Positions 8,412 to 16,255 of a stretch of DNA of 64,000 bases are shown here, piece after piece. Numbering within the stretch: the first letter of the stretch is position 1; each line of letters begins with the position of its first letter. Under the pieces are notes generated by a model. The model was not told the DNA's origin. It made no database searches and saw only the letters and a list, made by a program, of their open reading frames with translations. This stretch comes from Thermoplasmata archaeon (GTDB taxonomy: Archaea; Thermoplasmatota; Thermoplasmata; Lutacidiplasmatales; UBA184). The DNA lies in NCBI GenBank assembly GCA_035622275.1, contig DASPVQ010000020.1, positions 86,067 through 150,066 of the forward strand, given 5' to 3'. A program made the position numbers and the translations under genes.

Positions 8412-9530
8412 ATGGCCTCGCCGACGTTCGTCCAGCTGGCCGGCGGCCTCGTGGAGGCGATGGGTCAGCGCCTCGACGCCGCGAAGCCGCTAGCGGAGGG
8501 CCTCGTGCTCCAGACGGAGGACGGGTTCCTCTACGCGTTCCTCGAGGACCCCGACCAGGTCTCCCTCGAGTCGGTGCGGCGGATCGCCGGGGAGGGCGTC
8601 GGCCCCGCCCGGCTGGTCGTGCTGACCCCTGGTCGCCTCCCGCTCGCGATCACGGCGGAGGTGCTCCAGCGGTCCGGGACGGTGATCGAGGGCGCTCGCT
8701 TCGCCGAGCTCGCGCGCCAGCTCGGTCTCGAGTCGCTGATGGGCGAAGAACCGCGCCGTCCGCCCGAACCGCGGAACCGGCTGTTGCCGAGCGCGCAGCT
8801 GCTGGACGCCGTCATGGGCCGCGCGAGGACCTGGCTCGATTGGGGGGTCCCCGCGCTCGCGTTGCGCTTCTACCGCCAGGCCGCCGCGATGAAGCCGGGA
8901 TTCCTGCCGGCCCGCATCGGGATCGGCCGCTCGCTGCTGGGACTCGGTCTGCTCGACGATGCCGACCGGCTGTTCGCCGAGGTCCGCGCGACGCGCCCCG
9001 ACGATCTCGACGCTCGCCTCGGACAGGCGGCCGTCCTCGGCGCGCGGGCCAAGCCGCGCGAGGAGATCGCGATCTACCGCGCGCTCCTGGCCGAGGACGA
9101 GGCGCGGGTCGAGGTCCGGGCGCACCTGGTCGCTGCGCTGGTCGATCTCGGAGACTGGGCGGCCGCCCGCGTCGAGATCGAGGCGATGCTCGAACGGACG
9201 CCCGAGGAGCCGCAGCTGCGGTTCCTGCACGCCATCGCGCTCGAGCGCACCGGGCCGGCGGACGCATCGGAGCGCGAGCGCGCCGAGGCGCGTCGCCTCG
9301 GGCTGACCGTCGAGCGCGAGCGCGCGCTGTGCCAGCATCTGGGGATCCCGCTCCCCCCACTCCCGGGTGAGGCCGCGGGACCCCCCGCCCGGGGCCCGGC
9401 GAGGCGACGCGGCGCGAAACGCACCGCTCCGGACCGTCCCCGGCGCACTCGCCGTGCCGGGCCGCGGCGACCGGTGGTCCGGCGCGGCGGGGACTCGCCC
9501 CGGCGCGCGCGACACCGCAAAGGTAAGTAA
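8412..9530 (+). CDS. TPR-repeat protein
   Basis: Repeated TPR-like helical pairs run through the C-terminal two thirds (ALRFYRQAAAM..., IAIYRALLAEDEA..., LRFLHAIALERTG). The listed ORF from 7776 is antisense to idsA in its first 212 codons, so it is trimmed to ATG 8412. Confidence 0.6.
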   Translation: MASPTFVQLAGGLVEAMGQRLDAAKPLAEGLVLQTEDGFLYAFLEDPDQVSLESVRRIAGEGVGPARLVVLTPGRLPLAITAEVLQRSGTVIEGARFAELARQLGLESLMGEEPRRPPEPRNRLLPSAQLLDAVMGRARTWLDWGVPALALRFYRQAAAMKPGFLPARIGIGRSLLGLGLLDDADRLFAEVRATRPDDLDARLGQAAVLGARAKPREEIAIYRALLAEDEARVEVRAHLVAALVDLGDWAAARVEIEAMLERTPEEPQLRFLHAIALERTGPADASERERAEARRLGLTVERERALCQHLGIPLPPLPGEAAGPPARGPARRRGAKRTAPDRPRRTRRAGPRRPVVRRGGDSPRRARHRKGK

Positions 9531-9564
9531 CGCACCGACCGATTTGCGCCGGGCCTCGGCGAAC

Positions 9565-10467
9565 ATGCGGATCGTCTCCGTTCTCCCCAGCGCGACCGAG
9601 ATCGTCTTCGTCCTGGGGCACGGCGCGGAACTGGTCGGCCGCAGCGCGGAATGCGACTATCCCCCCGAGGTCGCTTCGCTCCCGGTCGTCATGCGGCCGC
9701 GGACTCTGGACCTCGACCGCTCCTCCGCGGAGATCGACCGACGCGTGCAGGACGTCCGCGGGCGGGACGAGAGCCTCTACGATCTCGACATCGACCGCCT
9801 AAGCGAACTCGCGCCGGACCTGATTCTGACGCAGGACCTGTGTCGGGTCTGCTCGGTGACCGATGCCGAGGTCGCGAGCGCGTGCGCGCGGGCGGACGTG
9901 GCGCCGAGGATCGTCTCGCTCACCCCGAGGACGCTCGCGGGCGTCTTTGCGTCGATCGAGGCGGTCGGTCGAGCGCTGGAGGATCCCGCACCGGCGCGAG
10001 CGCTGACCCGACGCCTGCGGGAGCGCTGCGCCCGGCCCCCGGGTCCCGCCGTCGCTCGGGTCGCGGTGGTGGAGTGGCTCGACCCCCCGATCGTGGCCGG
10101 GCTGTGGACACCGGACATCGTGCGGGCGGCGGGCGGGGAGTCGATCGGCCCGCGGTCCGGCCGGCCGGGCGAGCGCACGGGCTGGGCTCGGCTCTCCTCC
10201 GATCCCCCCGACCTCCTCGTGCTGTCTCCCTGCAGTTTCTCGGTCGATCGCTCGCGTCGCGAGCTCGAGGCCCCCGCGCTGCGTCGCGCCGTCGCCGGGG
10301 TGCGGGCCCCGCTCGGGACGTTCATCGCGGACGAGGCCTACTTCTCCCGACCGGGGCCGCGCCTGGCCGACGGGGTCGAGCTCGTGCGGCACCTGCTCGC
10401 GCGAGCCCCCTGGGACCCGCCGATGCCGGTGGCGCCGTACGCGGCCGGGCCGGAGGCGGCGGCATGA
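9565..10467 (+). CDS. BtuF/TroA-like (class III) substrate-binding protein lacking a signal peptide
   Basis: The N-terminus RIVSVLPSATEIVFVLG is the BtuF-like mature start. ILTQDLC and VVEWLDPPIVAGLWTPDIV blocks are also present. There is no hydrophobic leader or lipobox. Confidence 0.6.
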   Translation: MRIVSVLPSATEIVFVLGHGAELVGRSAECDYPPEVASLPVVMRPRTLDLDRSSAEIDRRVQDVRGRDESLYDLDIDRLSELAPDLILTQDLCRVCSVTDAEVASACARADVAPRIVSLTPRTLAGVFASIEAVGRALEDPAPARALTRRLRERCARPPGPAVARVAVVEWLDPPIVAGLWTPDIVRAAGGESIGPRSGRPGERTGWARLSSDPPDLLVLSPCSFSVDRSRRELEAPALRRAVAGVRAPLGTFIADEAYFSRPGPRLADGVELVRHLLARAPWDPPMPVAPYAAGPEAAA

Positions 10468-11162
10468 GCTCGGGGATCCCCTACACGTACAGTTGGACGG
10501 CGACCGAGCCGGCCCGGGGGCGGATCACGACCTCCCGCCAGGAGGTGCTTCAGATCAGCGTCGCGTTCGCGGTCCTCACGCTCGACTTCGTGCTGATCCT
10601 GTTCGTGGGCGGGGTGTTCACCGGGAGCAGCGTCAGTTCGATCGTCGCCGTGCCGCTCGACCTCGTCGGGTTCGCCGCCCTCGTCGCGCTCACCGCGTTC
10701 GTCTGCCACGAGCTCGCCCACAAGATCTCGGCGCAACGCCACGGCTACTGGGCCGAGTTCCGCTGGTCGCCGATCGGACTGGCGTTCTCGGTGGTCACCG
10801 CCTACCTAGGACTCCTGTTCGCCGCGCCGGGAGCGACCGTGATCGGCGGCATGGGCAACGTCCGCGACTGGGGCCGGACGAGCCTCGCCGGGCCGCTCAC
10901 GAACCTGTCGTTCGCGGCCGCGTTCTACGCGGGAGCGACCGCGGCGTGGTTCTTCGCGAGCCCGCTCTACTTCTGGCTGCTGCTGCTGGCCTGGTTCAAC
11001 TCGTTCTTCGGCGTGTTCAACCTCCTGCCCTTCGGCCCCCTCGACGGCGCGAAGGTCCTGCGCTGGAGCAGCGCGATCTGGGTCGTCGCCTTCGTCGTCG
11101 GCGTTGCGGCGGCCGTCGTCTCGTATCTCGCCGTAGTCGTGGTCGGACGGCCGGTCCTGTAG
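10464..11162 (+). CDS. Site-2 protease family (peptidase M50) membrane metalloprotease
   Basis: The HELAHK (HExxH) motif sits in a TM helix. The NLLPFGPLDG (LDG) motif is present. It is multi-pass, and its ATG overlaps the upstream stop (ATGA). Confidence 0.7.
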   Translation: MSSGIPYTYSWTATEPARGRITTSRQEVLQISVAFAVLTLDFVLILFVGGVFTGSSVSSIVAVPLDLVGFAALVALTAFVCHELAHKISAQRHGYWAEFRWSPIGLAFSVVTAYLGLLFAAPGATVIGGMGNVRDWGRTSLAGPLTNLSFAAAFYAGATAAWFFASPLYFWLLLLAWFNSFFGVFNLLPFGPLDGAKVLRWSSAIWVVAFVVGVAAAVVSYLAVVVVGRPVL

Positions 11163-11171
11163 GAGGAGGTC

Positions 11172-12158
11172 GTGTCCCGTCCGCGCCTCCGGGAGCTCGG
11201 GCGCGATCGCCAGCTCATCGACACTGACTTCCGCGACACCGAGGGGCTCGTCGCCGCCTATCTCGTGCCGGAGGAGGAGGGTTGGATGCTCATCGAGACC
11301 GGCCCCACGAGCTGCCGGGAGGCGCTGCTCGCCGGCATCGATCGGGCCGGGGTCGAGCGCGCGGCGATCCGGCACGTCCTGGTCACCCACATCCACCTCG
11401 ACCATGCCGGCGGCGTCGGGGCGCTGGCCGACGCGCTCCCGCGCGCGACGTTCTATGCGCACGAGCTCGGCGTCCCGCACCTGATCGATCCGACGCGCCT
11501 GATCGCGAGCGCCCGGCGGGCCTGGGGCGCGGCGGCGGACCCCCTGTGGGGACCGATCGTCCCGGTCGCGGCCCCGAGGATCCAGGCCCTGCGCGGCGGG
11601 GAGCGCTTTCCCGTCCGGGGCGGGGAGGTCCGCGTGCTCGCGACGCCCGGGCACGCCCGGCATCACCTCGCCTTCTTCGATAGCGCGATCCGCGGGGTGT
11701 TCACGGGTGACGGGGCGGGCGTGCGCCTGGAGCACAGCCCGCGCGTGCGCCCGGCGGTGCCCCCTCCGGATCTCGATCTCGAGCAGCTCTTCGCGAGCGT
11801 CGAGGCGATGCGGGGCCTCGACCCGGTGCTGGTGCTCTACAGTCACTTCGGACCGAGTCCCGACGGTGCCGCGGACCTCGCGCGCTATCGCGGCATCGTG
11901 GAGGCCTGGCGGGACGTGGCGCTCGCCGCGGCGCGGGAGCGGGCCGACCCGGACTACGTCGCCGAGCGGCTGCGCGAGTTCGACCGACGGGGCGTCGAGC
12001 CGGCGGGCGCGGCGCGCGCGGGGACCGACGACCGCGCGGTCCTGGTCTCGGGATATGACCTGGCCGCGCGCGGATTTCTGCGCTACTTCGAGACCCGCGG
12101 GGTGGTGACGGTCCCGGGCGAGCGCGAGGGATCCGGTCCGGTCAGTCCACGAGCGTGA
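11172..12158 (+). CDS. MBL-fold metallo-hydrolase
   Basis: The metallo-beta-lactamase motif HVLVTHIHLDHAGG is present. It is 328 aa. Confidence 0.7.
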   Translation: MSRPRLRELGRDRQLIDTDFRDTEGLVAAYLVPEEEGWMLIETGPTSCREALLAGIDRAGVERAAIRHVLVTHIHLDHAGGVGALADALPRATFYAHELGVPHLIDPTRLIASARRAWGAAADPLWGPIVPVAAPRIQALRGGERFPVRGGEVRVLATPGHARHHLAFFDSAIRGVFTGDGAGVRLEHSPRVRPAVPPPDLDLEQLFASVEAMRGLDPVLVLYSHFGPSPDGAADLARYRGIVEAWRDVALAAARERADPDYVAERLREFDRRGVEPAGAARAGTDDRAVLVSGYDLAARGFLRYFETRGVVTVPGEREGSGPVSPRA

Positions 12159-13554
12159 CGAGGTTGGTCGGTCGCCCCTCGACGGGATAGCCCGCGGTCA
12201 GCACGATCGGGCCCGGACCGGCGAACGAAGTCGAGTCCACCAGCGCCGCGACGTGGTCCCGGAGCTCGATCAGATTGCGGTGCGCGGGCACCGGGAGGGT
12301 CCGCACGCCGCGCACGAGCGCGAGACGGCGTCGGGCCGGCGCGGAGTGCGAGAGCGCGACCACCGGCGCGGTGGGTCGCAGGGCCGCCACGGTCCGCGCG
12401 GTCCGGCCGGAGTGCGTCGGCGTCGCGATCGCCCGCGCCCGCACTCCCTCGGCCAGCGTGACCGCCGCCGCCGCCACCGAGCGCTCGCTCGGCGCGCCCG
12501 GGGGCGTCGCCCGCAACAGCTCGCGCAGCCCTCGCGCGTCGTAGGCCGGCTCGGTCGCCTCGGCGATCCGGGCGAGCCAGCGGACCGCTTCGACCGGAAA
12601 TTCCCCGACCGCGCTCTCCTCGCTCAGCATCACCGCGTCGGCACCGTCGAGGACGGCGTTCGCGACGTCCGTCGCCTCTGCGCGCGTCGGCCGCGGAGAG
12701 TGGATCATGCTGAGCAGCATCTGCGTCGCCACGATCACGAACTTGCCGGCGACGTTCGCCTTGCGGACGAGCCGCTTCTGCTCGAGGGCGAGCCGCTCGA
12801 GCGGCACCTCGATGCCAAGGTCGCCGCGCGCCACCATGATCCCGTCGGCGGCGGACAGGATCCCGTCGATCTCGTCGAGCGCGTCGCGCCGCTCGATCTT
12901 GGCGATCAGACCGACCTCCCGGCCCCCGGCCTGGTGGTCGAGCCATCGGCGCGCGCGGACCACGTCGGAGGCGTCCCGGACGAACGAGAGGGCGACGAAG
13001 TCGGTGCCGCCGCGCAATCCGATCTGTGCGTCGTGCCGATCCTTCGGCCCGAAGACTTCGACGCGAAGATGGGCGCGGGGAAGATAGATGCCGGCGTGAC
13101 CGCTCACCGTTCCGCCGCTGATGACCCGGGTCTCGATCGCCCCGCGCCGGACGCGCTCGACGCGCAGCTCGACGACTCCATCGCCGAGGAGCACGGGATC
13201 GCCGGGCCGGGCCGCCCGGACGAACGACGGCAGCTGGACCCCGACCCGGCGACCGTCCCCCGGGCGGGAATCGGCGTCCAACCGCAACGACTGCCCGGGC
13301 TCGAGCGATATCGCCGGAGCGGCGAGCGCCCCGATGCGGATCTTCGGCCCTTGGACGTCCGCGACGATGGCCACGTCGCGCCCCGCCTGGCGGGCCGCCT
13401 CGCGCATCCGCCGCAGCGTGGCGCGATGCTCGGCGTCGGTCCCGTGCGAGAAATTGAGCCGAAAGCCGTCGGTCCCCGCCCGCAGGAGTTCCCGCAGCCG
13501 AGCCGGCCGATCGGATGCGGGCCCCACGGTAGCGAGGATCTTGGTCTTGCGCAC
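12142..13554 (-). CDS. pyk: Pyruvate kinase
   Basis: The N-terminus RKTKILATVGPAS and FRLNFSHG match pyruvate kinase. The start is taken at the GTG (V) codon 13554-13552, because the upstream part of the listed ORF would run antisense across the tRNA-Gln gene. Confidence 0.85.
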   Translation of the reverse strand: MRKTKILATVGPASDRPARLRELLRAGTDGFRLNFSHGTDAEHRATLRRMREAARQAGRDVAIVADVQGPKIRIGALAAPAISLEPGQSLRLDADSRPGDGRRVGVQLPSFVRAARPGDPVLLGDGVVELRVERVRRGAIETRVISGGTVSGHAGIYLPRAHLRVEVFGPKDRHDAQIGLRGGTDFVALSFVRDASDVVRARRWLDHQAGGREVGLIAKIERRDALDEIDGILSAADGIMVARGDLGIEVPLERLALEQKRLVRKANVAGKFVIVATQMLLSMIHSPRPTRAEATDVANAVLDGADAVMLSEESAVGEFPVEAVRWLARIAEATEPAYDARGLRELLRATPPGAPSERSVAAAAVTLAEGVRARAIATPTHSGRTARTVAALRPTAPVVALSHSAPARRRLALVRGVRTLPVPAHRNLIELRDHVAALVDSTSFAGPGPIVLTAGYPVEGRPTNLVTLVD

Positions 13555-13638
13555 GGCGACGGAGAGCGCACCGCCCTCATAGCCTCGGAGGCGCTGCCGG
13601 TGTTCGCGCTTTAGTACGGACCCCTCGTGTGCGTCCCC

Positions 13639-13711
13639 AGCCCCGTGGTGTAGCGGCCAAGCATGCTGGCCTTTGGAGCCGGCGACAGCGGTTCGAATCC
13701 GCTCGGGGCTA
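13639..13711 (+). tRNA. tRNA-Gln (anticodon UUG)
   Basis: A cloverleaf was folded by hand. The acceptor AGCCCCG pairs with CGGGGCU. The anticodon stem is CUGGC/GCCGG and the anticodon loop is CUUUGGA. The T-arm is AGCGG-UUCGAAU-CCGCU. CCA is not encoded. An AT-rich box TTTAGTA lies at about -29. Confidence 0.85.
13694..13711 (+). repeat. Direct repeat copy 1 (tRNA-Gln 3' end, att-like core CGAATCCGCTCGGGGCTA)
   Basis: This 18-mer recurs identically at 16179-16196. Its first 16 nt also recur at 18068-18083. Confidence 0.7.
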
Positions 13712-13745
13712 TAATTATAATAATTGAGGGGCCCTAGGTCCGGCG

Positions 13746-13967
13746 ATGGCAACCGACCGGATGACCTCGATTTCCATCCATGCGTCGACGCTGAGGATGC
13801 TCCAGCCCTTCAAGAAGGGGGACATGACCTGGGACGACGTACTCATCGATTTCATCGAGGAGCATGTCCCGAAGGAGTTCGTCCGCGCGATGATCCGGGA
13901 GGCGGAGAAGGGCCCGGGCATCCCGTTCGATCAGGTGTACCAGGAGCACGTTCGGCGGAGGGGTTAA
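13746..13967 (+). CDS. Ribbon-helix-helix antitoxin-like protein
   Basis: It is 73 aa. The N-terminal beta-strand plus helices (TSISIHASTLRML...WDDVLIDFIEE) fit an RHH/CopG fold. It ends 4 nt upstream of the toxin gene. Confidence 0.45.
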   Translation: MATDRMTSISIHASTLRMLQPFKKGDMTWDDVLIDFIEEHVPKEFVRAMIREAEKGPGIPFDQVYQEHVRRRG

Positions 13968-13970
13968 CGC

Positions 13971-14255
13971 GTGCCCGTCGTGGACATGAGCCACGAGGCG
14001 AGGCGACAGTTCTTGCTGCTCCCCCCAGAAATCGCCGACCGGTTCAAGGAGCTCGCGGACCATCTCAGGGAGAACCCCCACCGACTCCCTCCTTGGTGTG
14101 AGGTGAAGTCCATCGGTCGAGAGGGCGGAAAGGAGGTCTTTCGAGCACGTGTGGGCGAGTATCGCGCGTCCTACGTGTTCGATGGGGAGGTCATTCGATT
14201 CACACGATTCCGCTTACGGAAACACATGGGCTATTCCTCGCTTCCGAAGTCGTAG
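13971..14255 (+). CDS. RelE/ParE-family toxin
   Basis: It is 94 aa and basic. The stretch VGEYRASYVFDGEVIRFTRFRLRKH resembles the RelE/ParE core. It forms an operon with the upstream RHH gene. Confidence 0.55.
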   Translation: MPVVDMSHEARRQFLLLPPEIADRFKELADHLRENPHRLPPWCEVKSIGREGGKEVFRARVGEYRASYVFDGEVIRFTRFRLRKHMGYSSLPKS

Positions 14256-14407
14256 CGAACATCGCCTCCAATCACTCGCCCGGGACCAAAGTCACCTCCC
14301 GTTCCCCAGGATCTCAGAGTCAGTGGCGCAGCCGGGGTCGCGACCGAACCGCTGACCCCAAACGCGGGCGTCCGAGCCAGAGGTCTGAGGGCGTCGCCCA
14401 ACTGGCC

Positions 14408-14800
14408 CTAAATCGCTTTGCGCCGGATGATTCCTTGACAGAGCCCCACAAGGTGGCCCTCAGGATCCGTGAAGTAGGCGAACGCGACTTTTCCTCGACC
14501 CTTCGACGAGGGACGCTTGTCGGGGAAGGCTGTTGGGTTTCCGACCCGCTTCCCACCGAGCCGCTCGACCTCACGAAGAGCCGCCTCGAAGTCTGGGACC
14601 TCAACGAAGAAGGTCAGATGGCCCCCGTTCCCAGTCGGATCTGCTCCCAGTCCCCCGCCAATCCCGCGGGATGCCGCCTCGGTGACTCCGTAGTCCGCGC
14701 CTGGAGCGACATCGGCCGCCTTCCACCCGAAGAGGTCGCCGTAGAAGGTTCTGAGACGCTGCCCACTCTTTCCCGTTACCTCGAACCACGCAACGGGCAT
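14408..14800 (-). CDS. VOC (glyoxalase/bleomycin-resistance/dioxygenase) family protein
   Basis: The VOC N-terminal strand MPVAWFEVTGKSGQRLRTFYGDLFGWKA and the C-terminus AYFTDPEGHLVGL are present. The start is taken at the internal ATG 14800. Confidence 0.65.
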   Translation of the reverse strand: MPVAWFEVTGKSGQRLRTFYGDLFGWKAADVAPGADYGVTEAASRGIGGGLGADPTGNGGHLTFFVEVPDFEAALREVERLGGKRVGNPTAFPDKRPSSKGRGKVAFAYFTDPEGHLVGLCQGIIRRKAI

Positions 14801-14829
14801 CGGAAGATCATTCTCTGCTCTCATCGGTT

Positions 14830-15312
14830 CTATACGGCACCGCCCTTGCCGGTCTCGAGATAGTTCTTCATGCTGCCCATTAGGTAGGTCCAGGCCCCAT
14901 CGCATGGGCCGAAGCAGGCGCATTTGGGTGTCAGACCCGCGTGGAGGAAGCGGAGTTCGGAGCGGCTGGCGCCTTTGGAGCCGATCTGGAAAAGGATCTT
15001 CGTCCCAATGAGCTCCTTCTTTTCGGACTGGTCAACGACCTTCCACTCGACCCTCGCCGGCCGCGTCGCCTTCACTAGGCTGAGCGTCCACACGTCGTTC
15101 GGGAATTTCAGGACCAGCTTGCTACCTTCCTTGTCCGAGCCGTCGATGTTCTTGCACCACCACCCGCGCAACCCGCCGGCGGTCGAGACGGTCTCGAAGA
15201 CGTCATTCGCCGAAGCGTCAACTTCGAGCGTCCGTGTGACTCCTGCAGGGGGTACAACGTCCACGTGCTCGACCTCGGTACTCGCCGTCATCGAACGGGC
15301 TATGGAATCCAT
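14830..15312 (-). CDS. SRPBCC (AHSA1/polyketide-cyclase-like) domain protein
   Basis: It is 160 aa with an alpha/beta grip pattern (GGLRGWWCKNIDG...ELRFLHAGL). The start may instead be the ATG at 15291. Confidence 0.55.
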   Translation of the reverse strand: MDSIARSMTASTEVEHVDVVPPAGVTRTLEVDASANDVFETVSTAGGLRGWWCKNIDGSDKEGSKLVLKFPNDVWTLSLVKATRPARVEWKVVDQSEKKELIGTKILFQIGSKGASRSELRFLHAGLTPKCACFGPCDGAWTYLMGSMKNYLETGKGGAV

Positions 15313-15420
15313 ACTATTTTATTCGACTACGGCGGAAAACCATAGCGAGCTCGAGTTGAGTACTCGACAGGCTCTGAGACGGGACGCGGCCGTGACCAAA
15401 TACTTGTTATTTCATAGGTA

Positions 15421-16062
15421 GTGCGGAGACCTCCGGTGATCGTCGGCCCCCAAGCGCACAACAAGGGACAGCCAGCCCCCTACCTGCTGTTCACACGCCC
15501 CGAGGGTTCGATTGGCTGCCCTATCCGCGCGTCACTAGGCGTACTCGGCCACAAGTGGTCGTTCATTATCCTTCGAGACGTAGCGTTCCTTCCCGCTCCG
15601 ACCTTCAACCTGATTCAGCACCGTAATCCGGGCCTGACGCCCAGGGTTCTTTCTGAACGCCTAAAGGAGCTGCGTGCGACGCAGCTCATCGAGAAGGTCG
15701 CCCATCCGAGGGACGAGCGTGTGTACTTTTACAGACTCACGGACAAGGGGCGGGACGCGATACCGGTTCTCGCTTCGATGATGCAGTTCGGAATGAAGCA
15801 TCTCGCAGAGAAGGTATTCGAGGACGGCAAGCCGAGGACAATGAAGGATTGCTTCCCGGGCCTGGCGGAACGTTTTCTCGGAGAACTTTTCGACTACGCG
15901 ATCTCAGACTTCAAGTCGGGCGTGGGACCCCCAGAGGGGATTCTTCTCTCGCCTTCAACCGCCCCGAAGTTCGGCGTGGCTGTCCGTAGCGGACCTCTGG
16001 CTTCCGGGGGACCGCGGCGAAAGAGGAAGCGCTTCGTGGTCCGACCTTCCCGTCCGCCTTAG
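15421..16062 (+). CDS. HxlR-family winged-helix transcriptional regulator with a C-terminal extension
   Basis: The HxlR core CPIRASLGVLGHKWSFIILRDV...LSERLKELRATQLIEKV...YRLTDKG is present. It is 213 aa. The start is GTG. Confidence 0.65.
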   Translation: MRRPPVIVGPQAHNKGQPAPYLLFTRPEGSIGCPIRASLGVLGHKWSFIILRDVAFLPAPTFNLIQHRNPGLTPRVLSERLKELRATQLIEKVAHPRDERVYFYRLTDKGRDAIPVLASMMQFGMKHLAEKVFEDGKPRTMKDCFPGLAERFLGELFDYAISDFKSGVGPPEGILLSPSTAPKFGVAVRSGPLASGGPRRKRKRFVVRPSRPP

Positions 16063-16178
16063 CAACGAGTTCCCGCTAAGCCAATTTCATCTCGCCGTGA
16101 CCGGATCGAGCGCTTCAATCACTCCCCCAAGGGGGTGGCAGCACCGTGCTTGTATCCCATTCTGAAGAAAAATACCAG

Positions 16179-16196
16179 CGAATCCGCTCGGGGCTA
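16179..16196 (+). repeat. Direct repeat copy 2 (18/18 identical to tRNA-Gln 3' end)
   Basis: It lies in an intergenic stretch after the HxlR gene. The flanking sequence is unrelated to the tRNA body. Confidence 0.7.
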
Positions 16197-16255
16197 CCCA
16201 TTCCGGCGGGCCCGCGTGGCGCTAGCCTTTTGGGCCGAACGCTAGTCCCCCTCAG

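Noticed and set aside
12253-13614. 453-aa + ORF
   Set aside because: It is antisense to pyruvate kinase.
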